The position numbers and the translations under genes were made by a program. Positions 63,419 through 64,000 of a stretch of DNA of 64,000 bases are shown here, piece by piece (position 1 is the stretch's first letter; the number at the start of each line of letters is the position of its first letter). This DNA comes from a virus, in the IMG/VR virus record IMGVR_UViG_3300037484_000235, positions 27,588 to 91,587 of that record. One strand, 5' to 3'. The notes under the pieces are model-generated. The model worked only from the letters and a program-made list of their open reading frames with translations. It was not told the DNA's origin and searched no databases.

Positions 63419-64000
63419 TTTGGAACCACTTACGCCTTTTTGCCGGACTCCAAGTAAATCTCCGCCAGAGTCTTATTGGGCAGGGTGGGGTCTTGGATAT
63501 CCCGTGCGAGCATGTCTAGCTCGGCTGCGAACTTCTTGCGATTGGCACCGCGCATCAGATCCGCTAGGGTACTGACCATCCCTGCGCAACGGTTGCGTTC
63601 CGTCCTTTGGGCTTCTCGAACAAGGTCTTCATCCCGGGGGTCTAGGCGCTTGAGGTTCATCACATTGGCCCGCTCTTTCTGAACTGATCTTCGCAACACC
63701 ACGTTCCGGTCGCCCATTCAGTAAGGGGGAGAATTCGCCCCTGACAGAACGGGCAGGGCTTTACGATCCTGAGACCAGAGCTGGCTAGATCCAGAGTGGC
63801 CTGCACCTTGGCCGTCACGAGTCCGTACCACTCTCCGCCAGGTAGAGCGTTGCAAGCGGGGCAGAGGATGTCCCCGTGGTCCAAGTCAATCTTGAAGTCA
63901 GGGGCAGGTACAATCACCCGACGGAATTCAAATGGGGCACCACCACATTTGGGATGCGAAAGATGTGGGTCGAAGACGCTGAGCCAGTGCCACACCCGAT

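Noticed and set aside
1..64000. Alternative genetic code or stop-codon readthrough
   Set aside because: Known enzymes (ThyA, Dcd, GroEL, CCA) are full length in the standard code, and all three stop codons terminate tiled genes.

Overview
This window looks like a 64-kb segment of a large (jumbo-type) tailed phage genome. It is GC-rich by eye (not computed), gene-dense with frequent ATGA/GTGA overlaps, and has no rRNA, tRNA or CRISPR array. About 1-41.2 kb and 54.4-64 kb are mostly minus-strand arrays of small hypothetical genes. Among them are recognisable accessory enzymes: HNH endonuclease, Pol-beta/RlaP-like nucleotidyltransferase, two cyclic-phosphate-processing receiver proteins, CCA-adding enzyme, dCTP deaminase, methyltransferases, GNAT, MoxR/CobS-like ATPase, ThyA, DEDDh exonuclease and a Mesh1-like HD hydrolase. 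41.4-54.4 kb is mostly plus strand: vWA, SET, NADAR, Dps-like, GroEL-like chaperonin, a beta-rich virion-like protein, amidase, C39 peptidase and a 1260-aa modular protein. Notable signals not explained by the ORF track: (1) about 26 copies of an ECF-sigma-like promoter, TCGTGTAA-N16(17)-CGTTAC, placed at gene junctions; (2) a 38-aa 'mini-prepilin' ORF with its own promoter; (3) two neighbouring structured ncRNA candidates at 32.7 and 33.4 kb; (4) a protein ending in ...VPPMAGG coupled to a Cys-His partner; (5) a VATRF tag and [KR]-x-A junctions shared by unrelated proteins, suggesting a virion cargo-sorting/processing code; (6) an AAA+ ATPase with reciprocally swapped Walker A/B residues. All family calls come from motif recognition by eye; no searches were run.
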